In this document: positions 1 through 12,163 of the stretch, piece by piece | Layout: the number at the start of each line of letters is the position of its first letter | Numbering within the stretch: position 1 is the first letter of the stretch | Assembly: GCA_963782055.1 (NCBI GenBank) | Contig: CAWAIF010000003.1 | Location: forward strand, 1,280,001 to 1,344,000 | DNA: 64,000 nt | Origin: an uncultured delta proteobacterium | GTDB lineage: Bacteria > Myxococcota_A > Polyangia > Polyangiales > Polyangiaceae | Direction of reading: 5' to 3' | Position numbers and translations under genes: made by a program | The notes under the pieces: model-generated | Told to the model about the DNA's origin: nothing | Seen by the model: only the letters and a program-made list of their open reading frames with translations | Database searches by the model: none

Positions 1-177
1 AGATCGCGCGCGTCGATGCGCTCCTCGGCCCGGCAGGGTGATCGCCGGCGTCGCCGGGCGCTCCGGCCGTCAGGTCCTTGAACTGCGCGGCGATCGTCCA
101 TCTTGGCCGCGGCGGCGCCCCTTCAACCGTCGCCCCGCGGCGCTTCACCTCGCGGGCGCGCCGTCGTATGAAGGCGC

Positions 178-1059
178 ATGGCGCTCGATCTGTCCGTCGT
201 CGGCAAGGTCTCGGAGGTCTCCCGCTTCACCTACGCGTGGAAGGACGTGGTGCTCTACGCGCTCGGCATCGGCGCGAAGAAGGACGAGCTCGACTACCTC
301 TACGAAGGCGCCACCTTCGGCAACGTGGAGCGCAAGACGACCGAGCCCCGGCCAAAGGTCTACCCGAGCTTCGCCGTCGTCCCGACCTTCCCGGTGATGC
401 TCTCGCATGTAGGCACCACCGGTGGCGACCTCGCGATGGTCGTCCACGGCGCCCAGCGCGTCCGCGTGCACGCCCCCTTCGCGCCGAGCGGCACTCTCCT
501 CTCCACCGCGAAGGTCCGCGGCATCTACGACATGCGCAAGTTCGCCAGCGTCCTGGTCGACACCGAGACGAAGAACGAAGCGGGTCAGCTCGTCGCCGAG
601 GCCACGTGGACCATCATCTACCGTGGCGCGGGCGGCTTCGGCGGTCAGCCGCCGCCCAAGGAGCCCAGCGGGATCGACGTGCCCAAGGGCACCGAGCCGG
701 CCTTCCGCATCGAGGAGACCACCCCCCCCGAGCAGGCGCTGCTCTACCGCCTCTCCGGCGATCCCAACCCCCTGCACGCCGACCCCGAGTTCGCCAGGAG
801 CGTCGGCTTCGAGCGCGGCCCCATCCTCCACGGACTCTGCACCTACGGCTACATGGTTCGCCACGCGGCGATGGGCGCGTGCGGCGGCGACGCCTCCCGC
901 CTCACCGGCTTCGAGGGCCGGTTCAGCAAGCCCGTCTGGCCGGGCGACACCATCGTCACCGAGGGCTGGATCGTGGGGGACGGAAAGGTTGCCCTCTCCG
1001 TCAAGGTGAAGGAGCGCAGCGAGACGGTCATCACCAGCGCCTGGGCGACATTCGCCTAG
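178..1059 (+). CDS. MaoC-family (R)-specific enoyl-CoA hydratase, double hot-dog (MFE-2 hydratase-like)
   Basis: Hydratase-2 motif YRLSGDPNPLHADPEFA...PILHGLCTYG; N-terminal LYALGIG and VHGAQ segments; FSKPVWPGDT. Confidence 0.9.
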   Translation: MALDLSVVGKVSEVSRFTYAWKDVVLYALGIGAKKDELDYLYEGATFGNVERKTTEPRPKVYPSFAVVPTFPVMLSHVGTTGGDLAMVVHGAQRVRVHAPFAPSGTLLSTAKVRGIYDMRKFASVLVDTETKNEAGQLVAEATWTIIYRGAGGFGGQPPPKEPSGIDVPKGTEPAFRIEETTPPEQALLYRLSGDPNPLHADPEFARSVGFERGPILHGLCTYGYMVRHAAMGACGGDASRLTGFEGRFSKPVWPGDTIVTEGWIVGDGKVALSVKVKERSETVITSAWATFA

Positions 1060-1257
1060 CGCCCGCCCCAGTGCTCGGGTGCTTGCAATCGAACGCCGGC
1101 GCCGCCGGCCGGGGAGACCACCCGGCCCGCCCTGCCCAAGCCCGCTGCGGCCCCAGCCTAACCCCGGCCTGGCCAGCCGCGCTCGGCACCCGCACCGCGG
1201 CGCCCGGCCCTCACAATCTGGCCGACCGGTCCCTCCGCCATGCGTCCGCCGCCCGGC

Positions 1258-1680
1258 TCAGTGACTCATCGCGCTGACGCACGCGCTGAAGGCGATCCCA
1301 CCCAGCACCAGCACCGCGATGGACAGCCGGATGATCCAGATGATGTTCCACGTGGTGCGCCACGTGGACCGCGTGCTCATCGGCGCGTACTGCTGCGGGT
1401 AGTAGGGCTGCTGGGCCGCGTACGGGTTCTGCCCCTGCGGCCCGTACCCGTAGCCCTGCGGCGGCGGCCCGTAGCCCTGCGGCGGATACCCCTGCGGCTG
1501 CGCATAGCCCTGCTGCGGATACCCTTGCGGCTGCGCGTAGCCCCCCTGGGGCGCACCCCCCTGCGGCTGCGCGTACGCCTGCGGCGCGCCTCCGGCGAGC
1601 GCCGCCCCGCAGTACCCGCACTGCGCAGCGGAAGGGTTCGTCACGATGGCGGAGCAGCTCGGGCACCTCGGCGCTTGCAT
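1258..1680 (-). CDS. Zinc-ribbon, Gly/Tyr/Pro/Gln-rich membrane protein
   Basis: CPSC...CGYCG zinc ribbon, QGY(P/A/G)-type repeats, C-terminal hydrophobic helix; GGAGG RBS upstream. Confidence 0.7.
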   Translation of the reverse strand: MQAPRCPSCSAIVTNPSAAQCGYCGAALAGGAPQAYAQPQGGAPQGGYAQPQGYPQQGYAQPQGYPPQGYGPPPQGYGYGPQGQNPYAAQQPYYPQQYAPMSTRSTWRTTWNIIWIIRLSIAVLVLGGIAFSACVSAMSH

Positions 1681-1793
1681 GGGTACAGCCTCCCTTCGAG
1701 CAGCATACGCCAGCCCGTCGACTCCCTCTTCCCAAAACGCCCCGGCCGCGCCACATTGACCCCCGTTTCACCCCCACGCGAGGAACCTCAGCC

Positions 1794-2987
1794 ATGGCCA
1801 AGCTCTCGAAGTCCATCGTCATCGTCGGCGCCAAGCGCACGGCATTCGGAACCATGCAAGGCACGCTCAAGAGCACGAGCGCCATCGACCTCGCGGTCCA
1901 CGCCGCCAAGGCGGCCGTCGCCCAGGCCGGCATCGCCCTGGATGCCATGGGGCACGTCGTCGTCGGCAACGTGATGCAGACCAGTCCCGACGCCATCTAC
2001 TGCGCGCGCCACGTCGGCCTGAAGGCCGGCCTCCCCGTCACCACCCCCGCGCTCACCGTCAACCGCCTCTGCGGCTCCGGCTTCCAGGCCATCATCACGG
2101 GCGCCGAGCAGATCCTGCTGGGCGAGACCGACGCCGTCCTCGTCGGCGGCACCGAGAACATGACCCAGGCCCCGCACGTCCTGCGCGGCGGGCGCGAGGG
2201 CTGGGCCTTCGGCAAGTCGCCGCAGGTCGAGGACTCCCTCTGGAGCGCCCTCACCGACAGCTATTGCAGCACCCCGATGGCGGTCACCGCGGAGAACCTC
2301 GCCGAGAAGTACGGCATCACCCGGGCGCAGTGCGACGAGTACGCGCTCACCAGCCAGCAGCGCTGGGCCGCCGCCAACGAGAAGGGCTACTTCAAGGACG
2401 AGATCGCCCCGCTGGAGATCAAGACGCGCAAGGGCACCGTGCAGTTCGCGGTGGACGAGCACCCGCGCCCGCAGACCACCCTGGAGATCCTCGGCAAGCT
2501 GGCGCCCGTCTTCAAGAAGGACGGCGTCGTCACCGCGGGCAACGCGTCGGGCATCTGCGATGGCGCCTCCGCCCTCGTCGTCGTCACCGAGGACTTCGCC
2601 AAGAAGAACGGCATGACCCCCCTCGCGCGGATCGTGCAGTGGGGCGTCGCCGGCGTCGAGCCCACCCTCATGGGCATCGGCCCCGCGCCCGCCGTGCAGA
2701 ACGCCCTCACCCGCGCCGGCATGAAGCTCGGCGAGATGGACCTCGTGGAGGTCAACGAGGCCTTCGCCCCGCAGTACCTCGCCGTCGAGAAGGAACTCGG
2801 TCTGGACCGCACCCGCACCAACGTCAACGGCGGCGCGATCGCCCTGGGCCACCCCCTCGGCGCAAGCGGCGCCCGCATCACCACGCATCTGGTCTACGAG
2901 CTGCGCCGTCGCAACGCGCACTACGCCGTTGGCAGCGCCTGCATCGGCGGCGGCCAGGGCCTCGCGATCATCCTCGAGCGCATGTGA
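1794..2987 (+). CDS. Acetyl-CoA C-acyltransferase (3-ketoacyl-CoA thiolase)
   Basis: NRLCGSG catalytic Cys, VNEAF, GGAIALGHPLGASG, CIGGGQG. Confidence 0.95.
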   Translation: MAKLSKSIVIVGAKRTAFGTMQGTLKSTSAIDLAVHAAKAAVAQAGIALDAMGHVVVGNVMQTSPDAIYCARHVGLKAGLPVTTPALTVNRLCGSGFQAIITGAEQILLGETDAVLVGGTENMTQAPHVLRGGREGWAFGKSPQVEDSLWSALTDSYCSTPMAVTAENLAEKYGITRAQCDEYALTSQQRWAAANEKGYFKDEIAPLEIKTRKGTVQFAVDEHPRPQTTLEILGKLAPVFKKDGVVTAGNASGICDGASALVVVTEDFAKKNGMTPLARIVQWGVAGVEPTLMGIGPAPAVQNALTRAGMKLGEMDLVEVNEAFAPQYLAVEKELGLDRTRTNVNGGAIALGHPLGASGARITTHLVYELRRRNAHYAVGSACIGGGQGLAIILERM

Positions 2988-3039
2988 CGCGCTCCTCTGC
3001 GCCTCCCGCGTGCACCGCACGCGGGGGCGCGAGACCTTC

Positions 3040-3366
3040 TCAGGCCTCCGCCAGGAGCTCTCCGCTCGCGTCGCGCCCGGAGAAGATGGACCACTTCACC
3101 GCGTTGCGCATCGCCCCGGCCGCGCCCAGCGCCGCCTGGAAGCTGGGAAACACCCACGAGAGCGTACCCGGCTGCACGTTGTGCCACCCGTAGACCACCA
3201 GCGTCACCTCGCTCAGGATCTTGGCGCGGTCCGCGCTGCGGTACGTGCCCGATTCCAGGGCGTCGGGCTCGGGTTGGATGCTCGGTTCCGGTTCCATGTT
3301 CTGGACGGCTGTGCCGCTCTTGCTCCAGAACCGCCTCGCTCGCTTTCGCATTCCCATGTCCACCAC
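3040..3366 (-). CDS. Hypothetical protein
   Basis: Only natural-looking ORF in this gap (mixed composition, aromatic residues); start uncertain. Confidence 0.55.
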   Translation of the reverse strand: MVDMGMRKRARRFWSKSGTAVQNMEPEPSIQPEPDALESGTYRSADRAKILSEVTLVVYGWHNVQPGTLSWVFPSFQAALGAAGAMRNAVKWSIFSGRDASGELLAEA

Positions 3367-3549
3367 CCGAAACAGGATCGATCGTACTGCGTTCGATCAC
3401 GAGAACACCTCGTGACAAACCCGTGTCCCTCCCCAATAAGCCGATCGCTCGAGTCCACGAAGAGAGCGAGCCCATAGTTAAGCCACTGGCCCATCGACGC
3501 AAGAGCCAGCGCGCACGATCGTGACGATCGCGATGCAGTGCGTAAAACA

Positions 3550-3581
3550 GACTTCCTCTCGGTCGGACTTCCTCTCGGTCG
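3550..3581. repeat. Perfect 16-bp tandem direct repeat GACTTCCTCTCGGTCG x2
   Basis: Copies at 3550-3565 and 3566-3581 in the divergent intergenic region. Confidence 0.9.
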
Positions 3582-3664
3582 AACGCCGCGTGCGCCGCGT
3601 GCGCGGCCGCGCACCACGGTTCGCGAACTTGCAGGGCGTGTGCGATAACCGCGGGTAGGACACC

Positions 3665-5139
<1,475 letters not shown>

Positions 5140-5143
<4 letters not shown>

Positions 5144-6990
5144 CCTCCACCCCCCGCCTCTTCGTGCGTCTGGTGGCGATCGTCGCGCTGGTCGACGTCC
5201 TCACCGCCGCGATCTTCTGGACCTTCGCCCCGCGCTGGCTGCTCCTCGACCCGGCGATCGTCGCCGCGACCGCCGACCTCGCCTGGGCGGTGGTGCTCAT
5301 CGCCTTCGCGACCGAGGCCGCGCTGGTGCTCGTGCTCACCGCGCGCGTGCGGCGTCTGCTGGGCGCCCTGCGAGGCCCGCACGACGACTCCGCCGCCGGA
5401 CCGAAGATCGAGGCCGATCAGGTGCTCCGCCTCTTCGCCGTCCCCTCCCGCATCGCGTACGCGCACCTGGGCGTGGCGCTCGTGCTCGGCGTGGCCACCG
5501 TCACCGACGCCTTCCGCCCCGAGTCGGTGGACTCCTACACGCAGGGGGCGCTGGTGGTCCTCTACCTCACGCTGGTGAGCACCGCCACGCTGCCGCTCTA
5601 CGTCGGTGCCCGCGGCGCGGTGGCGCGCGCGCTGGAGCTCGTGCCCGCGTCGTCGGCGCGTGAGGCGATCGTGGTGCTGCGCGACATCGGCCGCGGGACG
5701 CTGCGCGTGCGCCGCCGCTTCCTCGCGGCGCTCGCCGCCCCCGTCGCGCTGGTCGTCGTGGGCGCGTCGCTGCTCGTCTACGCGCACGCCCGCAGCGCCG
5801 AGACCGCCGCCCGACGCGCCGACGCCCTCGCCGTCGCCGCCGGCGTGCTCGACAGCGTGGACGGCCACACCGAGGGACGCGTCTCCGCCATCCGCGCCGC
5901 GCGCGAGGCCGGCTTCTCCTCCGAGATCGAGACCGGCCCCAGGCTCTCGGCGGTCCCGCCGCCCCAGGACGCCAACGTGGTGGTCGTCCCCCTGGAGGAC
6001 GGCCGCGCCGTCGTGCGCGTCGAGCCGCCCGGCCTCGGGTCGGTCGCACTCGCCCTCGCCGCCCTCGCCGTCTTTGCCGTCGCCCTCGCCGCCCTCTTCG
6101 GCGACCGCATCGGCGCGCTCCTCTCCGACGACGTCAACTACGCGACGCACGAGATCGAGGCCACCGGCGTGGTGGACGTCATCCGGGGCTCTCGCGTCTT
6201 CGAGCGCGCCGCTTTCCAGTCGGTGCGGGGGCTCGCCGCCGCGGTCGACCGCCTCGGCGGCGTCTTCCGCGAGTTCGCCGCGGTGCAGGAGCGCGCCATC
6301 CAGGGCCGCGCGGCCGCCGAGCGCATGCGCGGCCTGCTGCTGGCCACGATGAGCCACGATCTCAAGGGCCCGCTCAACGCCATCCTCGGCTTCGCCGCCC
6401 TGGTGGGACGCGGCAACCTGACCGACGGCCAGCGCGAGAGCCTCGCCATCATCGAGCAGCGTGGCCGCGAGCTACTCTTCCTCATCCAGACCGTCCTGGA
6501 CTCCGCGCGCGTGGAGGCAGGCGAGCTCGAGCTCACGCGCGCCCCGGTGCCCGCGTCCGACGTGGTCCTCGCCGCCGTGCTCGACGCGCGCGAGCTCGCC
6601 GGCACGACGGACCGCCGCGCCATCCAGCCGGAGCTCGAGCCGGGCCTGGGTGACGTGGACGTCGACTCGGTGCGGATCAGCCAGGCCCTCACCGCCACCA
6701 TCCTCGCCGCCCTGCGCATGACCGAGCGCGGTCCGGTCGTGGTGCGCGCGACCCGCGCCGTCTCCGGCGGCCTGCGCGTGCGGGTGGAGGCCTCCGGGGC
6801 GCGTGTGAGCGCGGAGGAAGAGGCCAAGATGTTCGACGCCTTCGCCTCCCCCGCGCTCGCCCGCAAGCACGGCAGCCTCGGGCTCGGCCTCTCCCTGGCC
6901 CGCAGCATCTTCGAGGCGCACGGGGGCCGGCTGGAGGCCGAGAGCGCCAAGAAGGGCCTGCTCTCCCTCTCCGCCGTGGTCCCAGGGTGA
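5140..6990 (+). CDS. Multi-TM histidine kinase-like protein with degenerate ATPase domain
   Basis: GTG start overlaps upstream TGA; several TM helices; SHDLKGPLNAI H-box; N and G1 boxes degenerate, LGLGL G2 retained. Confidence 0.85.
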
Positions 6991-7030
6991 ACGGCTCGAT
7001 CCGATCTGCTAGCGTTCCCAGCCCGCGTCC

Positions 7031-7795
7031 ATGACCGAGCTCGACCCCACGCGCGCCTACTACGACGAGTTCTCCGCCGCCTACGAGGCGCAGCGGCGCC
7101 CCAACGACCCTGACGGCTACCACGCCCTGGTGGACGATCTGGAGGTGGAGCTCGTCTCCCGCCACGGCACCGGCAAGGACGTGCTGGAGTGCGGGTGCGG
7201 CACCGGCCTCATCCTCGAGCGCGTCTCCCGCTTCGCTCGCAGCGCCCACGGCATCGATCTGTCCCCGCGCATGCTCGACCGCGCGCGCGAGCGCGGCCTC
7301 GAGGTGCAGGAGGGCAGCGTCACCGCGCTCCCCTTCGAGGACGCGCGCTTCGACGTGACCTGCTCCTTCAAGGTGCTCGCGCACGTGGAGGACATCGGCC
7401 GCGCCCTGTCCGAGATGGCGCGCGTCACCCGCCCCGGCGGCGTGATCCTGGCCGAGTTCTACAACCCGCTGAGCTTCCGCGGCGCCCTCAAGCGCTTCGG
7501 CCCCGCCGGCCGCATCTCCCGCTACACCAAGGAGAGCGCGGTCTACACCCGCTTCGACGCGCCGTGGGTGGTGCCGCGCCTGCTGCCCGCCGGCACCCAC
7601 GTCGAGGGGCACTACGGCGTGCGCATCGTCACGCCCGCCGCCGCGGCGCTGCGGGTGTGGGGCCTGCGGTCCGTCCTGCCCCGGGTGGAGCGGCTGCTCG
7701 CCCCGACCCTTGCCGCCTTCCTCGCCGGCTTCTACGTCGCGGTGATCCGCAAAGCTCCCTCAGCCTCTCCCTCGCGAGAGGGTGCCGGCGGCTGA
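7031..7795 (+). CDS. Class I SAM-dependent methyltransferase
   Basis: VLECGCGTG motif I, GIDLSPRML, LPFEDARFD, RVTRPGG. Confidence 0.9.
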   Translation: MTELDPTRAYYDEFSAAYEAQRRPNDPDGYHALVDDLEVELVSRHGTGKDVLECGCGTGLILERVSRFARSAHGIDLSPRMLDRARERGLEVQEGSVTALPFEDARFDVTCSFKVLAHVEDIGRALSEMARVTRPGGVILAEFYNPLSFRGALKRFGPAGRISRYTKESAVYTRFDAPWVVPRLLPAGTHVEGHYGVRIVTPAAAALRVWGLRSVLPRVERLLAPTLAAFLAGFYVAVIRKAPSASPSREGAGG

Positions 7796-7857
7796 GGTAT
7801 TTCCACCCCCTTTCAACGCCTTCGCCCCCCTCGCGCGTCTATACTTCGAGCCAGCCC

Positions 7858-10800
7858 ATGCGTCCTCGCCTCCGCGAACAGATCATCAAAGTCGGCGCTC
7901 TTCTGGGCGCGTTCGTCATCGCCAGCGTCCTGGCGCTCCGCCTGCACGGCGGCGGCCTCTGGCGGGGCCTCGCCCCGGCGAGCGCCGCCAGCGTGGCAGG
8001 GGAGAGCACCCCCTACGACCTCACCCAGCTCAAGGTCGTCAACGAGGTGCTGCGCATCATCCGCGACAAGTACGTCGACCCCAAGCGCGTCAAGCCGAAG
8101 GACATGCTCCTGTCGGCGCTCAACTTCGTCCAGCGCGACGTGGCCCAGATCATCGTCCTTCACGACGAGGGCGCGGCGACGGTGAAGGTCCGCGTGGACA
8201 CGCAGGAGAAGGAGTTCCGCGTCGACAACGTGCAGGGCCCCTGGGACGTCTCCGCGCGCCTGCGCGAGATCTTCGCCTTCGTGCAGGACAACCTGCGCGG
8301 CACCGACGTGGACCTGCGCGAGGTCGAGTACGCCGCCTGCAACGGCATGCTCCACACGCTGGACCCGCACAGCGTGCTGCTCTCGCCGGAGGCCTACAAG
8401 GACATGAACCTGTCGACGAGCGGCCAGTTCGGCGGCCTCGGCATCGTCATCTCCATCCGCGACCAGCAGCTCACCGTCATCAAGCCGATGCCCGACACGC
8501 CCGCCTCCCGCGCGGGCCTCCACAAGCTGGATCGCATCGTCAAGATCAACAGCGAGTCCACGCTGAACATGGGCCTCAACGAGGCCGTCAACCACCTGCG
8601 TGGAACGCCGGACTCCAAGGTCACCATCTGGATCCACCGCGACGGCCCGGAGGGCTGGGCCGGCTCGCGGCCCTTCGAGCTGAAGCGCGAGGTCATCCAC
8701 GTGGCGAGCGTGGAGCACAAGCGGCTGGACGGCGACATCGGCTACATCCGCATCAAGCAGTTCCAGGCCAACACCGCGAGCGAGCTGGACAGCGCCCTCA
8801 CCGACCTCAAGCACGGTGGCGCCATCAAGGGCCTGGTGCTGGACCTGCGCGGCAACCCCGGCGGTCTCCTGGAGCAGGCGGTCAAGGTGGCCGACAAGTT
8901 CATCGCCTCCGGGCCCATCGTCGCCACCGTCGGCAACAGCGAGGGCCGCGACGAGAAGGTCGCGCACCAGGACGGCACCGAGCCGAACTACCCCATCGCC
9001 ATGCTGGTCAGCGGCAACTCGGCGAGCGCCAGCGAGATCGTCTCCGGCGCGATGAAGAACCACGACCGCGCGGTGCTCATCGGACAGACCACCTTCGGCA
9101 AGGGCTCGGTGCAGCTCGTCTTCAACGAGATGCCCGACAAGGCCGCCCTCAAGCTCACCATCGCCCAGTACCTGACGGAGCCGGGCGACATCTCCATCCA
9201 GGGCACCGGCGTCACGCCGGACATCGAGCTCGACCCGATGACCGTCGACCCGCTGGAGATGGACCTCGCCGTCGACTCCAGCGGCATCAAGGAGCGCGAC
9301 CTCTCCCGCAGCCTCTCCAACGCCCGCGCGCGCGAGGGCCAGCACGCCGAGGAGACGCTCCGCTACAATCTCCCGCAGAAGGAGCGTGACGCCCTCCGCG
9401 AGACCGGCGGCGACCCGGACGAGAACTTCCAGATGGACTTCCCCATCAAGTTCGCCCACGACTTCGTCGCCAAGGTGCCGCCCGGCATGCGCCTGGATCA
9501 GGTGCACGCCGCCAAGCAGCTCATCGCCGACACCCGCGTGGCCGAGCTGGCGAAGGTCGCCGCCGACCTGCAGAAGCTCGGCGTCGACTGGAGCGCCCCC
9601 GCTGCGTCGGAGGCCAAGCCCACCGCCGCCCCCCCGCTCGAGGTGAAGGTGGACACCGATCGCCAGGGCAACGAGGTCACCGCCGGCGAGCCGATGTCCC
9701 TCAAGATCAGCGTCACCAACAAGGGCACCGTCCCGCTCTATCGCGTCTACGCGACCACCAAGAGCGACGACGGCTACTTCGACGCGAAGGAGCTCGTCCT
9801 CGGGAAGCTGGAGCCGGGCAAGACGCGCACCGCCGTCGCCCCGCTCGGCTGGTGCGACGTCGACGGCCGCAAGGTGGGCTCGACGGCCCCGCTCCCCAAG
9901 GATGCCCCGCGCGTCTGCAAGATCCCGCGCGACGCCCTCACCCGCGCCGATGGCATCAAGCTCCACTTCGCCGACGCCCGCGACCTCGCCATCCCCGACG
10001 TGGAGGCGCGCGCCTCCATCAAGGCGCTCGAGCGGCCGACCTTCGCCTACAGCTACGAGATCGTCGACAACCGCAAGGGCAACGGGGATGGCCGCCTGCA
10101 GAAGGGCGAAGAGCTCACGATGTACATGACGGTGCGCAACACCGGCAAGGGCCGCAGCTTCGACGCCCAGGCCAACCTGCGCAACCTCTCCGGCGACGGC
10201 CTGCTCCTCCGCGACGGCCGCTTCAACGACGTCTCCAACATGAACCCGGGCGACGAGCGTCGCTTCGCCTTCACCTTCGACGTGCGCCCCACCCTCCACG
10301 ACCCGGAGGCCAAGGTGGAGCTCTCCATCGTCGACAAGGACCTGCGCGAGTCGGTCGTGGAGAAGGTGCACATCCCGGTCGCGCCGCCCGCCGTCATCAG
10401 CCCCGCCTCCGGCGTGATGAAGGCCGGCGCCCAGGGCGCGGCCCTCCTCAACTCACCGGACCTCGGCGTCCGCGCCTTCGGCCGCCTGCCCGCGGGCACC
10501 GCGGTCAAGCTCCTCGGCGAGAGCGGCGACTACGACAAGATCTCGCTGGGTGGCACGCGCTTCGCGTTCGTCAAGCGGGCCGAGCTGGCGAAGGGCGGCG
10601 GCGCCCCGGGCACCGTGGCCTTCCAGGACCTGATGCTCCACGCGCCCCCGGCGATCGAGCTGACGCCTCCCGCCCTGGCCACGCGCGACAACCACATCGT
10701 CATCAAGGGCACCGCCAGCGACGGCGACAAGCTCCTCGACGCCTACGTCTTCGTGGGCGCGCGCAAGGTCTTCTACCGCTCCAACCGCGCCGGCACCGAC

Positions 10801-10998
10801 CCGAAGAAGATGTCCTTCGAGGCGGACCTGCCGCTCCGCGCCGGCACCAACATCGTGAGCGTCTGGGCGCGCGAGAACCCGGACACCACCAGCCACAAGG
10901 TCTTCGTCATCCGCAAGGATGGTCCCCACGGCGAGCTGCTGCCGACGCCCAAGACCGAGGACGACCTCGCCGAGAACGCCTCCTCCGGCGGGGAGTAG
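7858..10998 (+). CDS. S41 carboxyl-terminal processing peptidase with PDZ and Ig-like C-terminal extensions (MXAN_5808-like)
   Basis: LDPHS, GQFGGLGI (PDZ), LDLRGNPGG, SASASEI catalytic Ser, TFGKGSVQ Lys; N-terminal membrane anchor; ATG at 7858 chosen. Confidence 0.9.
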   Translation: MRPRLREQIIKVGALLGAFVIASVLALRLHGGGLWRGLAPASAASVAGESTPYDLTQLKVVNEVLRIIRDKYVDPKRVKPKDMLLSALNFVQRDVAQIIVLHDEGAATVKVRVDTQEKEFRVDNVQGPWDVSARLREIFAFVQDNLRGTDVDLREVEYAACNGMLHTLDPHSVLLSPEAYKDMNLSTSGQFGGLGIVISIRDQQLTVIKPMPDTPASRAGLHKLDRIVKINSESTLNMGLNEAVNHLRGTPDSKVTIWIHRDGPEGWAGSRPFELKREVIHVASVEHKRLDGDIGYIRIKQFQANTASELDSALTDLKHGGAIKGLVLDLRGNPGGLLEQAVKVADKFIASGPIVATVGNSEGRDEKVAHQDGTEPNYPIAMLVSGNSASASEIVSGAMKNHDRAVLIGQTTFGKGSVQLVFNEMPDKAALKLTIAQYLTEPGDISIQGTGVTPDIELDPMTVDPLEMDLAVDSSGIKERDLSRSLSNARAREGQHAEETLRYNLPQKERDALRETGGDPDENFQMDFPIKFAHDFVAKVPPGMRLDQVHAAKQLIADTRVAELAKVAADLQKLGVDWSAPAASEAKPTAAPPLEVKVDTDRQGNEVTAGEPMSLKISVTNKGTVPLYRVYATTKSDDGYFDAKELVLGKLEPGKTRTAVAPLGWCDVDGRKVGSTAPLPKDAPRVCKIPRDALTRADGIKLHFADARDLAIPDVEARASIKALERPTFAYSYEIVDNRKGNGDGRLQKGEELTMYMTVRNTGKGRSFDAQANLRNLSGDGLLLRDGRFNDVSNMNPGDERRFAFTFDVRPTLHDPEAKVELSIVDKDLRESVVEKVHIPVAPPAVISPASGVMKAGAQGAALLNSPDLGVRAFGRLPAGTAVKLLGESGDYDKISLGGTRFAFVKRAELAKGGGAPGTVAFQDLMLHAPPAIELTPPALATRDNHIVIKGTASDGDKLLDAYVFVGARKVFYRSNRAGTDPKKMSFEADLPLRAGTNIVSVWARENPDTTSHKVFVIRKDGPHGELLPTPKTEDDLAENASSGGE

Positions 10999-11008
10999 CC
11001 GCTTGCCC

Positions 11009-11722
11009 ATGCGACTGCACGTCAACGTCGACCACGTCGCGACGCTGCGTAACGCGCGCGGCACCCCCTACCCGGACCCGGTCGAGATCGCGGGCATCTG
11101 CCTCGAGGCCGGCGCCGATGGCATCACCGCGCACCTGCGTGAGGACCGCCGCCACGTCAAGGACGACGACCTGCGGCGGCTGCGCGCGCTGGTGAAGAAG
11201 ACCCTCAACATGGAGTGCGCGGCCACCGACGAGATGGTCCGCATCGCGCGAGATCTCCACCCCGACGTCGCCACCCTGGTGCCCGAGCGCCGCGAGGAGC
11301 GCACGACGGAGGGTGGGCTGGACGTGCGCGGCGGCGGCGCCGCGCTCGCCGCGCGCGTCGGCGCCCTGCGCGACGCCGGCGTCCGCGTGAGCCTCTTCAT
11401 CGCCCCCGACGAGGACACCATCCGCGCTTCGAAGAACCTCGGCGTCGCCCAGGTGGAGCTCCACACCGGCGAGTACGCCCACGCCTTCGGCGGCGCCTCG
11501 CAGGAGGCGGAGCTCCGTCGCCTCGCCGAAGGCGCGCGCCTCGCCCGCGAGCTCGGGATGGAGGTCGCCGCCGGCCACGGCCTCACCCTCGCCAACGTCC
11601 CGGCGCTGGTGCGCATCGCGGAGATCGTCGAGCTGAACATCGGCCACGCGATGATCTCCGACGCCCTCTTTCTCTCCATGGCGGGCGCGGTGCAGGCCAT
11701 GCGCCAGGCCATGACGCGCTGA
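11009..11722 (+). CDS. pdxJ: Pyridoxine 5'-phosphate synthase
   Basis: LHVNVDHVATLRNAR, HLREDRRH, ERTTEGGLD, VELHTG, AGHGL, ELNIGH. Confidence 0.97.
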   Translation: MRLHVNVDHVATLRNARGTPYPDPVEIAGICLEAGADGITAHLREDRRHVKDDDLRRLRALVKKTLNMECAATDEMVRIARDLHPDVATLVPERREERTTEGGLDVRGGGAALAARVGALRDAGVRVSLFIAPDEDTIRASKNLGVAQVELHTGEYAHAFGGASQEAELRRLAEGARLARELGMEVAAGHGLTLANVPALVRIAEIVELNIGHAMISDALFLSMAGAVQAMRQAMTR

Positions 11723-11791
11723 CCGCGCGCGCTGCCCCGCGCAAGATCCTCGCAGGCCGCACCCTCCCGCGGTGGTGCTACGCTCGCGCTC

Positions 11792-12163
11792 GTGATCGTC
11801 GGCATCGGTCTGGACGTCTGCTCCATCGAGCGCATGCGCCGCGCGCTGGAGCGCCACGGCGAGCGCTTCTACGGCCGCATCTGCAGCGCGGACGAGCGCG
11901 CCGACCTCGCCGGTCGCGACGAGGCCACCGCCCTCGCCGGCCGCTTCGCGGCGAAAGAGGCCTTCGCCAAGGCGATGGACGGCGCCCCCGGCGTCGGCTG
12001 GCACGAGGTGCAGGTGCGCCGCCTGGAGTCCGGGCGCCCGCGCCTCGACCTGCACGGCAACGCCCTCGCCATGGCCACGCGCCTGGGCGCGTCGCGCTGG
12101 CACCTCACCATCACCCACGACGCGGGCATCGCCGCCGCCGTCGTCATCCTGGAGGGCGCGTGA
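11792..12163 (+). CDS. acpS: Holo-[acyl-carrier-protein] synthase
   Basis: IVGIGLD, AGRFAAKEA, GRP, LTITHD; follows pdxJ. Confidence 0.95.
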   Translation: MIVGIGLDVCSIERMRRALERHGERFYGRICSADERADLAGRDEATALAGRFAAKEAFAKAMDGAPGVGWHEVQVRRLESGRPRLDLHGNALAMATRLGASRWHLTITHDAGIAAAVVILEGA

